From Octopus bimaculoides (taxonomy: Eukaryota), in assembly GCF_001194135.2 (NCBI RefSeq), contig NC_068994.1, forward strand, positions 5,444,724-5,500,951: a DNA stretch of 56,228 nucleotides, given 5' to 3'. Positions 36,601-46,764 of this stretch are shown piece by piece. The notes beneath the pieces are model-generated. The model did not search any database and was not told where the DNA came from. It worked only from the letters and a program-made list of their open reading frames with translations. Both the position numbers and the translations under genes were made by a program. The first letter of the stretch is position 1; every line of letters starts with the position of its first letter.

Positions 36601-39600
36601 CGATACCAGAGCTTCATTAAAGGCCAGCTTTGTCTAAGCTTTATCCGAAATGAATTAGGACGATTTTGGTGGTGACAGGTCAACTATTCCGGTCCTGCAT
36701 CGAAGCAGTAATCAGTGCTGAGAGGCAGATTCAGTAAATAATCATACGAGTAAGCTTTCGCGAGCATGCTATGTTTTATTTCGATCCCAGTTTGCATGTC
36801 GTAAAGGTGACAGAGATTCCAGCATGCTCCAGAACCGGACGACGATCTGTTTCAGAGTTCAAGCCTGTAATTTTAAGAAAGGGGCATGTCGATTACAACG
36901 ACCTGAATATATGACTGGCACTTTATTCTATCGCTCCTCCCTATCCAAGGGTCGAAAGGATAAATTGACCACAGTGGATTTGAACACACAGAACGAGCTG
37001 GAAGAAAGGCTGCCAAGCGTCTTAGCCGACATCTTAACGATTCATCCAAGTCACTGTGATGCTTTTTTTCTTTTTTGCTACATTATGTCCTGAAATAACT
37101 CCCCACCCCCACCCTCCATACACGACATCTATGGACTGGACTGGATAATTTCCAATCTTGTTTGTTTACTCAAACAAACTTGCACAGTATCACAAACGCA
37201 CGGGCGCATACGTCCGCCCACTCATCCATCCATCCAGTCATCCATCCAGCCAACCATCCAGCCATCCATTTTTACATACATACATACATACATACATACG
37301 TTATTATTATTGAGTGAGCGAGCAGCGCATGCCACATAACACTTATTAACACTTGGATTATAGTTGGGTTATGCAAATTATTCTTGAAGCATGAAATCTT
37401 GTCGGAAGCCCGTTCTTGTTGTTGGGAGGTAGACATTGTCTGTGGCCGTAATTAATACAGTTATTCATTATCCAGATTATAGAGGCAATAAGAGCCTATT
37501 CTTATTTAAGATATACACAAATTCGGAGAGAACTCGATTAGTTTGTTCTAATTTGTATAACAATGCATGTGCTTACAACGTGTATTAATAAGCATTAACC
37601 ACGGTTAGACAGTTATGTCAGGAAGAGCAAACCGAAAAGCTCATAAACACTGTCCTTCGACATCTAAATTAGCGACTAAATATAGAGTTTCAGATATATT
37701 TAGGACAGCAAAACAAAAAAAAAAAGCTTTATTCTTTTTCTCGCAGGAATGTCATAGATACAAACTTTCTATCATTTAAAAGTTACTAAGTATAATATAT
37801 GTGGATGCGTGTTTGTGTGTGGATGTGTGCGTGTGTGGATGTGTGTGTGTGCGCGTGTGTGTGTGTGCGCGTGTGTGTGTGTGCGCGTGTGTGTGTCTGT
37901 GTGTGTGAATATGCATTCTCCAGTATAAATATATCGCAACGATTGTTGTATAATTATTCAAATTAGTACTGTGAACTATAAGCAGTCTTAGGTTACTGTA
38001 ACGTAATAGCTTCGTTTATCTATTAATTTAACATTTTGCTTTTCTAGTAACTTGCAGGCCAGTCTAGATTTCGTTGTGTTTGTATAGAGTTAGATATTTT
38101 TTTTTAGGAAGGAAAATATATTGGTTTTGTTTATTAGACAATAATTTGTTAGATACTTAATCTAAAACGTTCAGTAATGTCACAAATAAATATCACAAAT
38201 GGATTATACATGTATAAACATATCTAAAATATCAGTATAACATGGAATAGTTTATGCACCAAGATCTTTCTCCAGTAACTTAATTAATGGGTTGTAACAT
38301 CATTACAATCTGTTTCTGTTTCACAATTAGTTGGGATCCAATATTTCCCACAAATTGTAAAGTAACAATAGAAAATAGACAGCGTTTAAGTACCCCCAAT
38401 TTAACAGATAGATCGGTCACCCATAACATCATTAATTTCAAAATATAACAACTTTTTAATATCGAAGTAATTTATTTCTTCAAACTAAAATAATTCCTAC
38501 ACTTTCTACTTACAGATCTCAACTTCAGATTTTATCATTTTGTTATATGAAGAGGATCAAATAAATATTTTCCACATTTCTGATTAAATAATATTTGATA
38601 ATTGTGCATACTGAGTCTTACTTTCTAATAACTTCCTGATAAAGCCTAATATATAGAGGATATACTTTATAACTGAATAGAAGTTTAGCAGGTTAAACGG
38701 TCAGCATGCTTATCTCTGTTCAGTTTCAAACTGGTTCTTTTAATGTGTAATTAACTCTAAAAGTGTATTTTATGGAATTGATTAATTAAGATATCTATCA
38801 TGCTCTGCGTTAATTTTCTAGAAAATAACTCTTTTTTTTTTTCATAAATGGAAGGAGAGTATGCGAATTTCAATATCAACGGGGTCTTCATTGATGTAAG
38901 TAAATTACTTTCGCACTTATTATCAATTTGCTTTAAAATCTTCTAGGTTTAGATCGGCATTTCCCTTTCTGATGTAGCCGCGAGCGGCTAATGATATCTT
39001 GACAGACCTCATACTCTGGAATGACACGGATATCACAGCTGGAGCGAGAGATCTGTACCTAATGCTCATTTTCAACTGGATTAAAATGGAACAACGCATG
39101 CTTTTTCGAAATCTACTTTCCAATGTTATAATTTGAGACGAAAGCAATTTCGAATGTAGTGCAGAACGGTTTTATCGTCCTGCCCGCACCTTGGGCATGC
39201 CGGCGGCACAGACATTCCATGCCCAGACAGTATATCGTGAACAAGTAAAGCATTCCTATAGCACTGCCAAGCCAGAGATTTCTGGTAATCTTGATAACAC
39301 AACCGAATCTTGAACTTTAATCCTAAAGTTCAACTACATCTAGTATGGTTAATATGAGAAGGATTAGAGTCCCGCTGCAGTTTGTGCTTTTTCTCAAGAT
39401 TTACGAGAAGGGATAAGGAGGCAAGAGCTCAGAAAAATCCAGGACATACACTTCTGCTGATGACTAAAATATAGAGGCGGCCTTGGAGAAATCCCTCGTA
39501 TTTCCAACTAACGCTGGAATAACGGAGTAACATGTTGACTTTAAATATAGTCCACATTGTTTAGCGTTCTGTGCAATACGAAAGAAAAATAAGAGTGAGT

Positions 39601-42600
39601 ACATTAATATATTTAAAGTATATTAAGGTTAATGTGCAACAGCTCCAGTAGAGGTTGGACGATTGTAAAGAGAATCGCAACGTCTTGCTTTGGAAGGTTA
39701 ACAGAACATACATGGGTCACCGTCGAGCGAACAAAAGATAAAACTTGGGAACAAATACGATCATCAGCCGATAATCAAGCGAAATATTCGTTGTTTGGTT
39801 TGCGTGTTTTAGTGTGTTGATGGCATGTTTTAAAGGTATGAAAAGGGCCAAATTTAATCAATTTGGTTTGCATATGTGAGTATATATATGTGAGTATATA
39901 TATATATATATGTATATATATGTGTATATATATATGTATATATATGTATATATATATATATGTGAGTATATATATGTTTGTATCTCTATGCGTGATGCAT
40001 GTGCGTGAGCAAGTGTGTGGGTATGCGAGTGTTTGTTAGTGTAAATGCCTCGTTACTGCTCAGATTTTAAGAAGATATTTCACTCTTACAAAAAATACTT
40101 CGTTGTAGTAAGACAAAACTTACGAATTAAGGCTATACCTGTATTTACTTTTCCTTGTCTGGTCTCCAGTTTTATAATTTTCTTCCTGTTTTTCTTTTAT
40201 GCATAGGGTCCTTCTTGCGAAAAAGAATTTCTTGTTACAAAATCTCCAAACGAAAACGATGCTCTGGAGTTTTTGAGGTGTATGCGCAAAAGAGGTTACC
40301 TAAATATCGTAGCATTTGATTCAAGCGAGGTAAAACTACAGATATTTTGTTTTCATACTAAAGTTGTCACTAACTATGTCATTGTTTCTAATTTATTGGT
40401 ATCCAAATTGTTATAACTCCAGTTATTTCTTCCAAGAGATGCTGTACATTTTGAAAGCTGAGAGATATATTGCTAATGCTAACTTAATATATAATATTAG
40501 GTAGAGATTTTCAGGTTGTTAGTCATCAGATTTTGTTGGCACCATTGTATGTGTTTCCACATTACTCTTCNNNNNNNNNNNNNNNNNNNNNNNNNNNNNN
40601 NNNNNNNNNNNNNNNNNNNNNNNNNNNNNNNNNNNNNNNNNNNNNNNNNNNNNNNNNNNNNNNNNNNNNNNNNNNNNNNNNNNNNNNNNNNNNNNNNNNN
40701 NNNNNNNNNNNNNNNNNNNNNNNNNNNNNNNNNNNNNNNNNNNNNNNNNNNNNNNNNNNNNNNNNNNNNNNNNNNNNNNNNNNNNNNNNNNNNNNNNNNN
40801 NNNNNNNNNNNNNNNNNNNNNNNNNNNNNNNNNNNNNNNNNNNNNNNNNNNNNNNNNNNNNNNNNNNNNNNNNNNNNNNNNNNNNNNNNNNNNNNNNNNN
40901 NNNNNNNNNNNNNNNNNNNNNNNNNNNNNNNNNNNNNNNNNNNNNNNNNNNNNNNNNNNNNNNNNNNNNNNNNNNNNNNNNNNNNNNNNNNNNNNNNNNN
41001 NNNNNNNNNNNNNNNNNNNNNNNNNNNNNNNNNNNNNNNNNNNNNNNNNNNNNNNNNNNNNNNNNNNNNNNNNNNNNNNNNNNNNNNNNNNNNNNNNNNN
41101 NNNNNNNNNNNNNNNNNNNNNNNNNNNNNNNNNNNNNNNNNNNNNNNNNNNNNNNNNNNNNNNNNNNNNNNNNNNNNNNNNNNNNNNNNNNNNNNNNNNN
41201 NNNNNNNNNNNNNNNNNNNNNNNNNNNNNNNNNNNNNNNNNNNNNNNNNNNNNNNNNNNNNNNNNNNNNNNNNNNNNNNNNNNNNNNNNNNNNNNNNNAA
41301 ACTGTTAAAATTGGGCCATATCTCCTGGAACTAATAAATGTTGAAGGAAAAGATGTTTGTATACATAGAGTTTTGAAGGTTGAGTGTGATATCAATGTAA
41401 GCTAATTTCATGTTTAAAATTATTCCACCTTTGAAAATGATATTATAGCTTAACGAATGCAATTCCTTATATTCCTGCATTGTAATATATTATTATATTT
41501 TGTTGGTTCATAATAACAACATAATTAAGGACTCTTGTTTCAGTAAGATGAAAAAATCTTCCCGTACGTGACCGTTTACTCTGACTTGTGAATGCAGCTA
41601 TCCAGTCCCTGAGAAAGGATCCGAAACCGGATGCTTTGAGAATAGACAGACGCCAAGTACGGATGGTCGTAGTTGATTAGGGACCCATTTGTGCCATGCT
41701 CATTGACAGCTCTCTCCCTCTATGATGTATCAGATGAGGTAGAAGTTGTCGTGGATTGCTCTGCTTGGGGTGGCACATGTCTGCATCTTACCAGTCCCTT
41801 CATCAACAACAAACCCCCACTTTTCTGCAAAAATCTACTTTGGCAAATAACTTACTGCGATCAAATCCATCCTATCTAGTAACTTTCAGTCACTCGCTAC
41901 TACTCGCTCGTGTCTGTGACTCGACTTTTATTTGAAAATCGTGAAAACCCAAAGAATTTCTTTCAATTTTTGTATTTCATTCACAATATTTTTTCATATT
42001 GCAGTCGAGGATCGAAGAATTTGAGATCAACCATTTCCAAGTCACCATATGGGCTGGCGGAAATTACCCATCATGCGCAGACATTTTACAACTAAGTTAT
42101 ATTCTCAGCGCTCATCAAAATGAGCAGTTCAATAAAAAAATTGCTGTGTATTGTAGGTAAGTGAAAATATTGATGAATTCACAAATTCACACTACATCCG
42201 TTGTGATCCCATTTGTAAACAATTTTTCTTTTTAACTATGTCTTCTAAGTTTTTTAATAAGTTTCCCTCTGATCCTGTTTTCTCTATTACTATCACTTTA
42301 CTAAACCTTATCGAACGTTATTTAATCACCCTTTGGGATGGCGAAAGAGTAGTTAGAGTGAGATCTAGGCACTTCCGAAACTCCAAAACACTACGCCTCC
42401 CAATAGCGTTAAACTTTGAGACTTGCACACCTAAAATGCATCAAAAATGGCTATAAAATCTTAAGGCATCTAAACTAAGGGGAAAATAACAGGGATATAT
42501 CCAAATTAATGGCTATGCTTCACAAAACGATTCTTTTCGTAGATACGTATCTGTTCAGATATTTTTTCTAACAGGGCTAAAAGGTGTTGAAATATATTGA

Positions 42601-42940
42601 TCGTAAGTTTTCTCTGTTCTAGTCTGTTGGTATGATTCACCGCTTCTTCTAAACGGTCTTCCTTTTTGTCGCACTCCTTTAAGGCAGTACGAACCACCTC
42701 AATTTCCGATACTATTACGTTGACGTCGTCCGTTTAAGCCGAGGCGAAACTAACATATCGTAGATTACGCGGAACGCCCCTCAAAACATACAACTTCAGC
42801 AGTAATGGCTCGAGAGTCAGTACGTATAGGAGAGGCGAGATTGGGCATCAATGACTATTTTGATAGGTGGCCATTTACTTTGGCCACAGAACAGGTGTCG
42901 TTGTACATAGCAGATATTCAGCATCTGAAAACAGGACTGA

Positions 42941-43003
<63 letters not shown>

Positions 43004-44146
43004 TAGTAATTTTTAGAAAATAAGAAACATCGTCTCAATTTTACTTATGTACAGTATAATAAAGAATGATTTTTGGTTTTTTTTTAACGGAACTTCTACA
43101 TACAATTTCAAACATATATCCTTGTCTCTGTATGTTACTGTGAAATCTTGTCAGAATCATATTACAATGTTAGAATCTATTATTCACATATTTTTAAACG
43201 TAAAACTTTTCTCATTCTTCTTTTATGTAAAGTAAAAATTTCCATAAAAGTGGTCTGCTGTGCATCATTCACATTTTGAAAGCTGCAATAACCAGTCAAT
43301 CAGTAATCAACATAGTTCGATTAGTTCGACTGATCAAAAAAATTGAACCAAGTATAGTACCTGACTGTGTAAGTATAGCAACATTTTTTCTCACTTTGTT
43401 TTATGTGCTTCAACCAAGTTTTTGCTAAATATCAGAAAGAAAAAAATCTGTCGTTAAATCTTTTTACTGTTATTTCAACACTTTTCTGAGAATAATTTTC
43501 ATGTTTTGTGATTATTGATGCACTAGTGATTATTTGGATAAGTTATCTTACACTGGAAATGTACGGACTGTGGGTGGTACATATGTGGGTAAATTTGATT
43601 AGCAAACTCCAGAATCGAAAGAACTGAAACATTTCCTTTGCTACCCTAGACATTTTTAAACGTATTATTTTCTTTCTACTTAAGACACAAGGCCTGGAAT
43701 TTTGGGGAGGAAGTTAATAGATTACATTGACCCCTGTGCGTAACTGGTACTTAATTCATCGACCCCGAAACGATGAAAGGCAACGTCGACCTTGGCGGAA
43801 TTTGAGCTCAAAGTGTTCACACGGATCAAATAACGCTAAGCATTTTGCCCGGCGTGCTAACGATTCTGCAAGCTCACCGCCTTAGTATATCTTCATATAA
43901 TAAATGCATCTGCGTAAATTAGTAACAAATGCTTATTTCGAAAGTGGTTTTTATTAGATGTGGAAGGAATTTATAATTCTAAGTAAAGGATACAGTAAAA
44001 TAAAATAATTGTGTATTAACTCATTTTAATTGATTTGATTGAAAAACTCATATTTATTTCTTTGACAGGAATCCTACGCCTTCATTTGGAAAATTGCTGA
44101 ATATTTACAGAACGAAACGTCTCTATACTCCAATTTTGTACAGTGA
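20059..44146 (+). CDS. Receptor-type protein tyrosine phosphatase, TM through stop (at least 17 exons; tandem D1 active / D2 pseudo domains); ectodomain absent from this strand
   Basis: Phase-consistent GT-AG exon chain giving TM, juxtamembrane, [49 protein letters not shown], then a degenerate D2 and a stop. Parts fall in N gaps. Confidence 0.95.
20797..21750 (+). mobile_element. Defective mariner, same family as 3898-4887 (5' TIR present, 3' TIR lost)
   Basis: gactatgaagga...gtaaagtgacatttgactgtacaaagaagacttcaaatg matches the TIR of the first copy; transposase remnants include [13 protein letters not shown] and LFHQDNAP. Confidence 0.88.
22009..22200. mobile_element. Mariner terminal fragment
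   Basis: gatgggtatgctaaaaagttcctgg resembles a mariner ITR, followed by ttcagtttttctaagtcctgtacaagaactcggaa subterminal sequence. Confidence 0.55.
22883..22977 (+). CDS. RPTP juxtamembrane exon 1 (basic stop-transfer)
   Basis: ttcattag|G AAA TTT...ACA G|GTAGGT; 95 nt, phase 2-1; [31 protein letters not shown]. Confidence 0.87.
23361..23488. repeat. Compound microsatellite (TCTA)n(TCCA)n(CT)n
   Basis: Read directly. Confidence 0.95.
23595..23734 (+). CDS. RPTP juxtamembrane exon 2 (YEET, YVNM, start of wedge region)
   Basis: ctttatag|CA CAT...TTC TTG|GTCAGT; 140 nt, phase 1-0; [46 protein letters not shown]. Confidence 0.9.
24510..24597 (+). CDS. PTP D1 exon (KNRY motif)
   Basis: ttcacag|AGA...CCT T|GTAAAT; 88 nt; [29 protein letters not shown]. 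Confidence 0.95.
25128..25665. mobile_element. Foldback/MITE-like element with ~175-bp inverted repeats
   Basis: 25128-25305 and 25497-25665 are reverse complements (aaaccaaggctgtgtagattttagaacatttataaata versus tatttataaatgttctaaaatctacacagctttggttt). Confidence 0.8.
26576..26649 (+). CDS. PTP D1 exon (DHSRV, DYINAN)
   Basis: tttcag|AC GAC CAT...ATC AGT|GTACGT; 74 nt, phase 1-0; (Y)[24 protein letters not shown]. Confidence 0.95.
27476..27500 (+). CDS. PTP D1 25-nt micro-exon (YIACQG)
   Basis: Long pyrimidine tract ctctcag|AAC CAG CGT TAT ATT GCT TGT CAA G|GTATGT; phase 0-1. Confidence 0.92.
27895..28125 (-). mobile_element. Degenerate SINE (family C-related)
   Basis: tgattcgtttatagtgatcaaa...caggtatcgaactgatctcagagcaac...actcaag; homologous to 33960-34180. 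Confidence 0.6.
28467..28564 (+). CDS. PTP D1 exon (FWRMVW, IVMLT)
   Basis: tttgaacag|GT CCT...GGA AAG|GTATGG; 98 nt; [32 protein letters not shown]. Confidence 0.97.
28688..28836 (-). mobile_element. 5'-truncated 3' end of the R4/Dong-like LINE, inside (TATG)n
   Basis: Homologous to 50155-50306; (TATG)n on both sides. Confidence 0.75.
29148..29315 (-). mobile_element. SINE family B
   Basis: ggcacaaggcc...tttatcgaccc...ggcaaagtcgac...aatttgaactcagaa. Confidence 0.8.
29509..29631 (+). CDS. PTP D1 exon (KCxQYWP)
   Basis: ttttggcag|ATT AAG TGT...TCT AAG|GTAAGG; 123 nt; [41 protein letters not shown]. Confidence 0.97.
30049..30490 (+). mobile_element. SINE family A, near full length
   Basis: aggcgtaggagtggctgtgtggtaagtagc...ggttccgggttcg...(TG)n...aaacaagtaaaagagtaaaagaata. 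Confidence 0.92.
30958..31115 (+). CDS. PTP D1 exon (WPD loop to VVHC)
   Basis: tatttacag|ACA GGT...CAT TGC AG|GTTTGT; 158 nt, phase 0-2; ...[13 protein letters not shown]...SSLVVHC. Confidence 0.97.
32542..32750 (+). mobile_element. SINE family B
   Basis: ggcggtgagctagcagga...gagttcaaattccgccg...gtcgataaaatacgtaccag. Confidence 0.85.
32903..33038 (+). CDS. PTP D1 exon ([11 protein letters not shown])
   Basis: gtctttcag|T GCT GGT...AAA AGG|GTGAGT; 136 nt, phase 2-0; completes [10 protein letters not shown]. Confidence 0.98.
33960..34180 (-). mobile_element. Degenerate SINE (family C-related)
   Basis: cattagctcac...gtgccacatgtcaggtg...gatcgcagag; homologous to 27895-28125. Confidence 0.6.
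35212..35319 (+). CDS. PTP D1 end / D1-D2 linker exon (3' end lost in gap 35320-35856)
   Basis: ttgttttcag|ATA CAA CTG...; [36 protein letters not shown]. Confidence 0.9.
36200..36740 (+). mobile_element. DD37D/maT-like transposase remnant
   Basis: [34 protein letters not shown] resembles WPPNSPDLNPLDY..WSIVE. Confidence 0.72.
36905..37040 (-). mobile_element. SINE family B (partial)
   Basis: actggcactttatt...gtcgaaaggataaa...ggatttgaacacacagaacg. Confidence 0.65.
38855..38895 (+). CDS. PTP D2 exon (INxxFID); 5' boundary uncertain (38855 or 38822)
   Basis: [13 protein letters not shown]|GTAAGT aligns to D1 DYINANFIS with the same phase-0 donor. The upstream acceptor gives a 74-nt exon containing an in-frame TAA. 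Confidence 0.75.
38930..39530 (-). mobile_element. L1/Tx1-type LINE 3' fragment (CCHC knuckle)
   Basis: [18 protein letters not shown]...[26 protein letters not shown]. Confidence 0.78.
40207..40329 (+). CDS. PTP D2 exon (degenerate YIxTQGP / FWRMV equivalent)
   Basis: tatgcatag|GGT CCT...AGC GAG|GTAAAA; 123 nt; [41 protein letters not shown]. Confidence 0.85.
41299..41378 (+). CDS. PTP D2 exon, 3' part (5' end in gap 40571-41298)
   Basis: [26 protein letters not shown]|GTTGAG parallels D1 FGSIEV...HRTF. Confidence 0.8.
41570..41880 (-). mobile_element. L1/Tx1-type RT fragment
   Basis: [20 protein letters not shown]...[12 protein letters not shown] resembles QTCA.PGRSIHDN...ALINLD...DH.YL. 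Confidence 0.72.
42005..42156 (+). CDS. PTP D2 exon (WPD replaced by WAG; ends IAVYC)
   Basis: ttcatattgcag|TCG AGG...TAT TGT AG|GTAAGT; 152 nt, phase 0-2; [50 protein letters not shown]. Confidence 0.88.
42640..42800 (-). mobile_element. L1/Tx1-type RT fragment (YADD region)
   Basis: [36 protein letters not shown]; the YADD motif is mutated. Confidence 0.55.
42947..43002. repeat. (AAT)n microsatellite
   Basis: Read directly. Confidence 0.95.
43233..43368 (+). CDS. PTP D2 exon (degenerate P-loop, SGLLC)
   Basis: ttttatgtaaag|T AAA...GAC TGT|GTAAGT; 136 nt, phase 2-0, identical in size and phase to the D1 counterpart; [46 protein letters not shown]. Confidence 0.9.
43685..43882 (-). mobile_element. 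SINE family B
   Basis: cacaaggcctggaattttgggg...taactggtactta...ggcggaatttga...ctaagcattttgcccggcgtgctaacgattctg. Confidence 0.88.
44069..44146 (+). CDS. RPTP terminal coding exon (YSNF tail, TGA)
   Basis: tctttgacag|GAA TCC TAC...GTA CAG TGA; [25 protein letters not shown]. Confidence 0.9.
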   Translation, partial: ESYAFIWKIAEYLQNETSLYSNFVQ

Positions 44147-44524
44147 TGTGCAGGAGTGAATCTTTTTAGAGATCCGTCATAATACGCTTTACATCTTATG
44201 AATTAAGAAATGATGTATGCAAAACAATTACTTAATTGTTGGATAAAGAAAACAAAAAGCCTCGCTGGAATTCTTTGTATCTCTCAAAGGAAAAGGAAAA
44301 CCATTTCAAGAAGATAAGAATTCGTCTCTCAAAATTTATTTACATGCTACGGGGAAAGCTTTATCTTTGTTTACACATATAAGCCAACTATGAGCATAGT
44401 TCGGTAATAATACCTTATGCTAATTACAGTGGCCAAAAGAAATTCGGGACACTTTTTCTTCACGAAATGTCAATGTAAATTCATCAGGAAGCCTTAGAAA
44501 GAATGCGCTGAATTTATGGTTTTC

Positions 44525-44530
44525 AATAAA
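44525..44530 (+). terminator. Candidate polyadenylation signal
   Basis: AATAAA about 380 nt after the RPTP stop; AT-rich context makes a chance match likely. Confidence 0.25.
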
Positions 44531-46044
44531 CGAAAATATGTCTCTCCTTGCCTACAAATAAATGGTTGAGGTTTTTCTCTCTTATACAAATCAATTAACT
44601 TTGAAATATAAATATTGATATCTTGGAATTATTACAACTTCTCTTTGAGACTTGGCCACAATTGGCGATAAATTCTCTTTTGTTGTCTCCAGCTGAGAAG
44701 ATTATCAACTAATTTTTATTTTTCTGTTGTGTGTATACAGCATTCAGTATATCACCGGTTAACATACTTATCCAAATCTATGTCATTTAATCTTTTGAGT
44801 CATTGCCCTTATTCACATTTTTCTTAATTATATATCTTACAATATTTTATCTGCTGATTTATTACAATCAGTTTCCTTTGCCCCTTTCTCCATTTTCAAT
44901 ATTTTGTTCTTTCATTTTTTTTAATCCTTTCTTTAATCAACACACTTGATAACCTACATTTTAATATTATATAACGTTTGACATTCCTACAATTACAAGA
45001 GGTAACCTTCAGCTAATTCGAAACAGCGATNNNNNNNNNNNNNNNNNNNNNNNNNNNNNNNNNNNNNNNNNNNNNNNNNNNNNNNNNNNNNNNNNNNNNN
45101 NNNNNNNNNNNNNNNNNNNNNNNNNNNNNNNNNNNNNNNNNNNNNNNNNNNNNNNNNNNNNNNNNNNNNNNNNNNNNNNNNNNNNNNNNNNNNNNNNNNN
45201 NNNNNNNNNNNNNNNNNNNNNNNNNNNNNNNNNNNNNNNNNNNNNNNNNNNNNNNNNNNNNNNNNNNNNNNNNNNNNNNNNNNNNNNNNNNNNNNNNNNN
45301 NNNNNNNNNNNNNNNNNNNNNNNNNNNNNNNNNNNNNNNNNNNNNNNNNNNNNNNNNNNNNNNNNNNNNNNNNNNNNNNNNNNNNNNNNNNNNNNNNNNN
45401 NNNNNNNNNNNNNNNNNNNNNNNNNNNNNNNNNNNNNNNNNNNNNNNNNNNNNNNNNNNNNNNNNNNNNNNNNNNNNNNNNNNNNNNNNNNNNNNNNNNN
45501 NNNNNNNNNNNNNNNNNNNNNNNNNNNNNNNNNNNNNNNNNNNNNNNNNNNNNNNNNNNNNNNNNNNNNNNNNNNNNNNNNNNNNNNNNNNNNNNNNNNN
45601 NNNNNNNNNNNNNNNNNNNNNNNNNNNNNNNNNNNNNNNNNNNNNNNNNNNNNNNNNNNNNNNNNNNNNNNNNNNNNNNNNNNNNNNNNNGTGCAATCTG
45701 TATAAATGAAGTTATGATTATAAATTCTGGTCAGTCATGCGAATTAATAAATTTATCTATATCTATAAACGTTGATGTTTGTCATTTTGTTCTAAAACAC
45801 GTCACTATACACCAAAATTATCTCGAAATAATACATGGGCTAAAACAGGGATTACTCGAGAAAGCAGATGGTAAAAAACTGATTTTTGTAATGAAATGGT
45901 AAGCTCTACACTTCTCTCTGTTTCACTCTTTATTTTCTTCTCTTTCGCATACACAACAACTCCATACCACCCCCATAAACGCGTGCGCACATTTTACCAT
46001 TCATCTCTCTCACACAACATTGTACTGTCTGAGTATTTTATTTT

Positions 46045-46580
46045 CAAATTTTTTTGTACAAAGCTAAAAAAATTAGGTTGGTGGGGTGATCGATTACATC
46101 GATACCAGTGCTCACTGCTATTTATTTTATCAAATCCGATGAAGTGCAAGGCCGCCCTCGGCTGAATTTAAACTCAAAATGTAGCGAGTGAGAAGTAACC
46201 TCGCTATACATTTTGCCACTGCTCTAAAAAGCTACTCACTCGACCCTCCATTCACCACACTAATAATGGTTTCAAATTTTGGCACAAGGCCAGAAATTTA
46301 GTTGGAAGAGCAAGTCGATTACGTATTTTATCGACTCCGAAAGAATGAAAGGCATTGTTGACCTCGGCAGAATTTGAACGCAAAGCGTAAAGACGGACGA
46401 GATCTCGCAAAGCGTTTCGCTTTGTGTGCTGCTGATTCTGCCCGATCGCTACCTGATTTATCCCCCTAATGATTTTTTCTACTAAAGGCACAAGTCCTGA
46501 CACTTGCAGAGGGGACCAGTCGATTACGTGGACCCCAGTGTTTCACTGGTACTTAATTTATCGACCCCGAAAGGATGGCA
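46045..46580 (-). mobile_element. Cluster of about three partial SINE B copies
   Basis: Repeated gtcgattac...ctggtacttaatttatcgacccc and ggcacaaggcc blocks. Confidence 0.8.
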
Positions 46581-46764
46581 GGCACTTAGATGATAAATCT
46601 TTCTGAAAGCACACACTACTGTCGTTAACGGACCACAGGATGTATTAGATGATAATGTAGTACTGGATGCAGTGTCTGAAATAAACGGTCACAGATAGAA
46701 TGCCTTTGATCTTACGGGTATCTGCATAATCATGGTTGATTTAGAGCTAAACAACTGTACTATC

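Noticed and set aside
35857-38800. Missing first D2 exon (KNR-equivalent) and end of the linker exon
   Set aside because: No convincing open AG-GT candidate found; probably inside gap 35320-35856. LILEHEI* just after the gap lacks a canonical donor.
43055-43199. Alternative D2 P-loop exon (ORF 43047-43235)
   Set aside because: Phase-compatible but low-complexity with a weak donor; 43233-43368 has the exact 136-nt size, the SGLLC motif and a GTAAGT donor.
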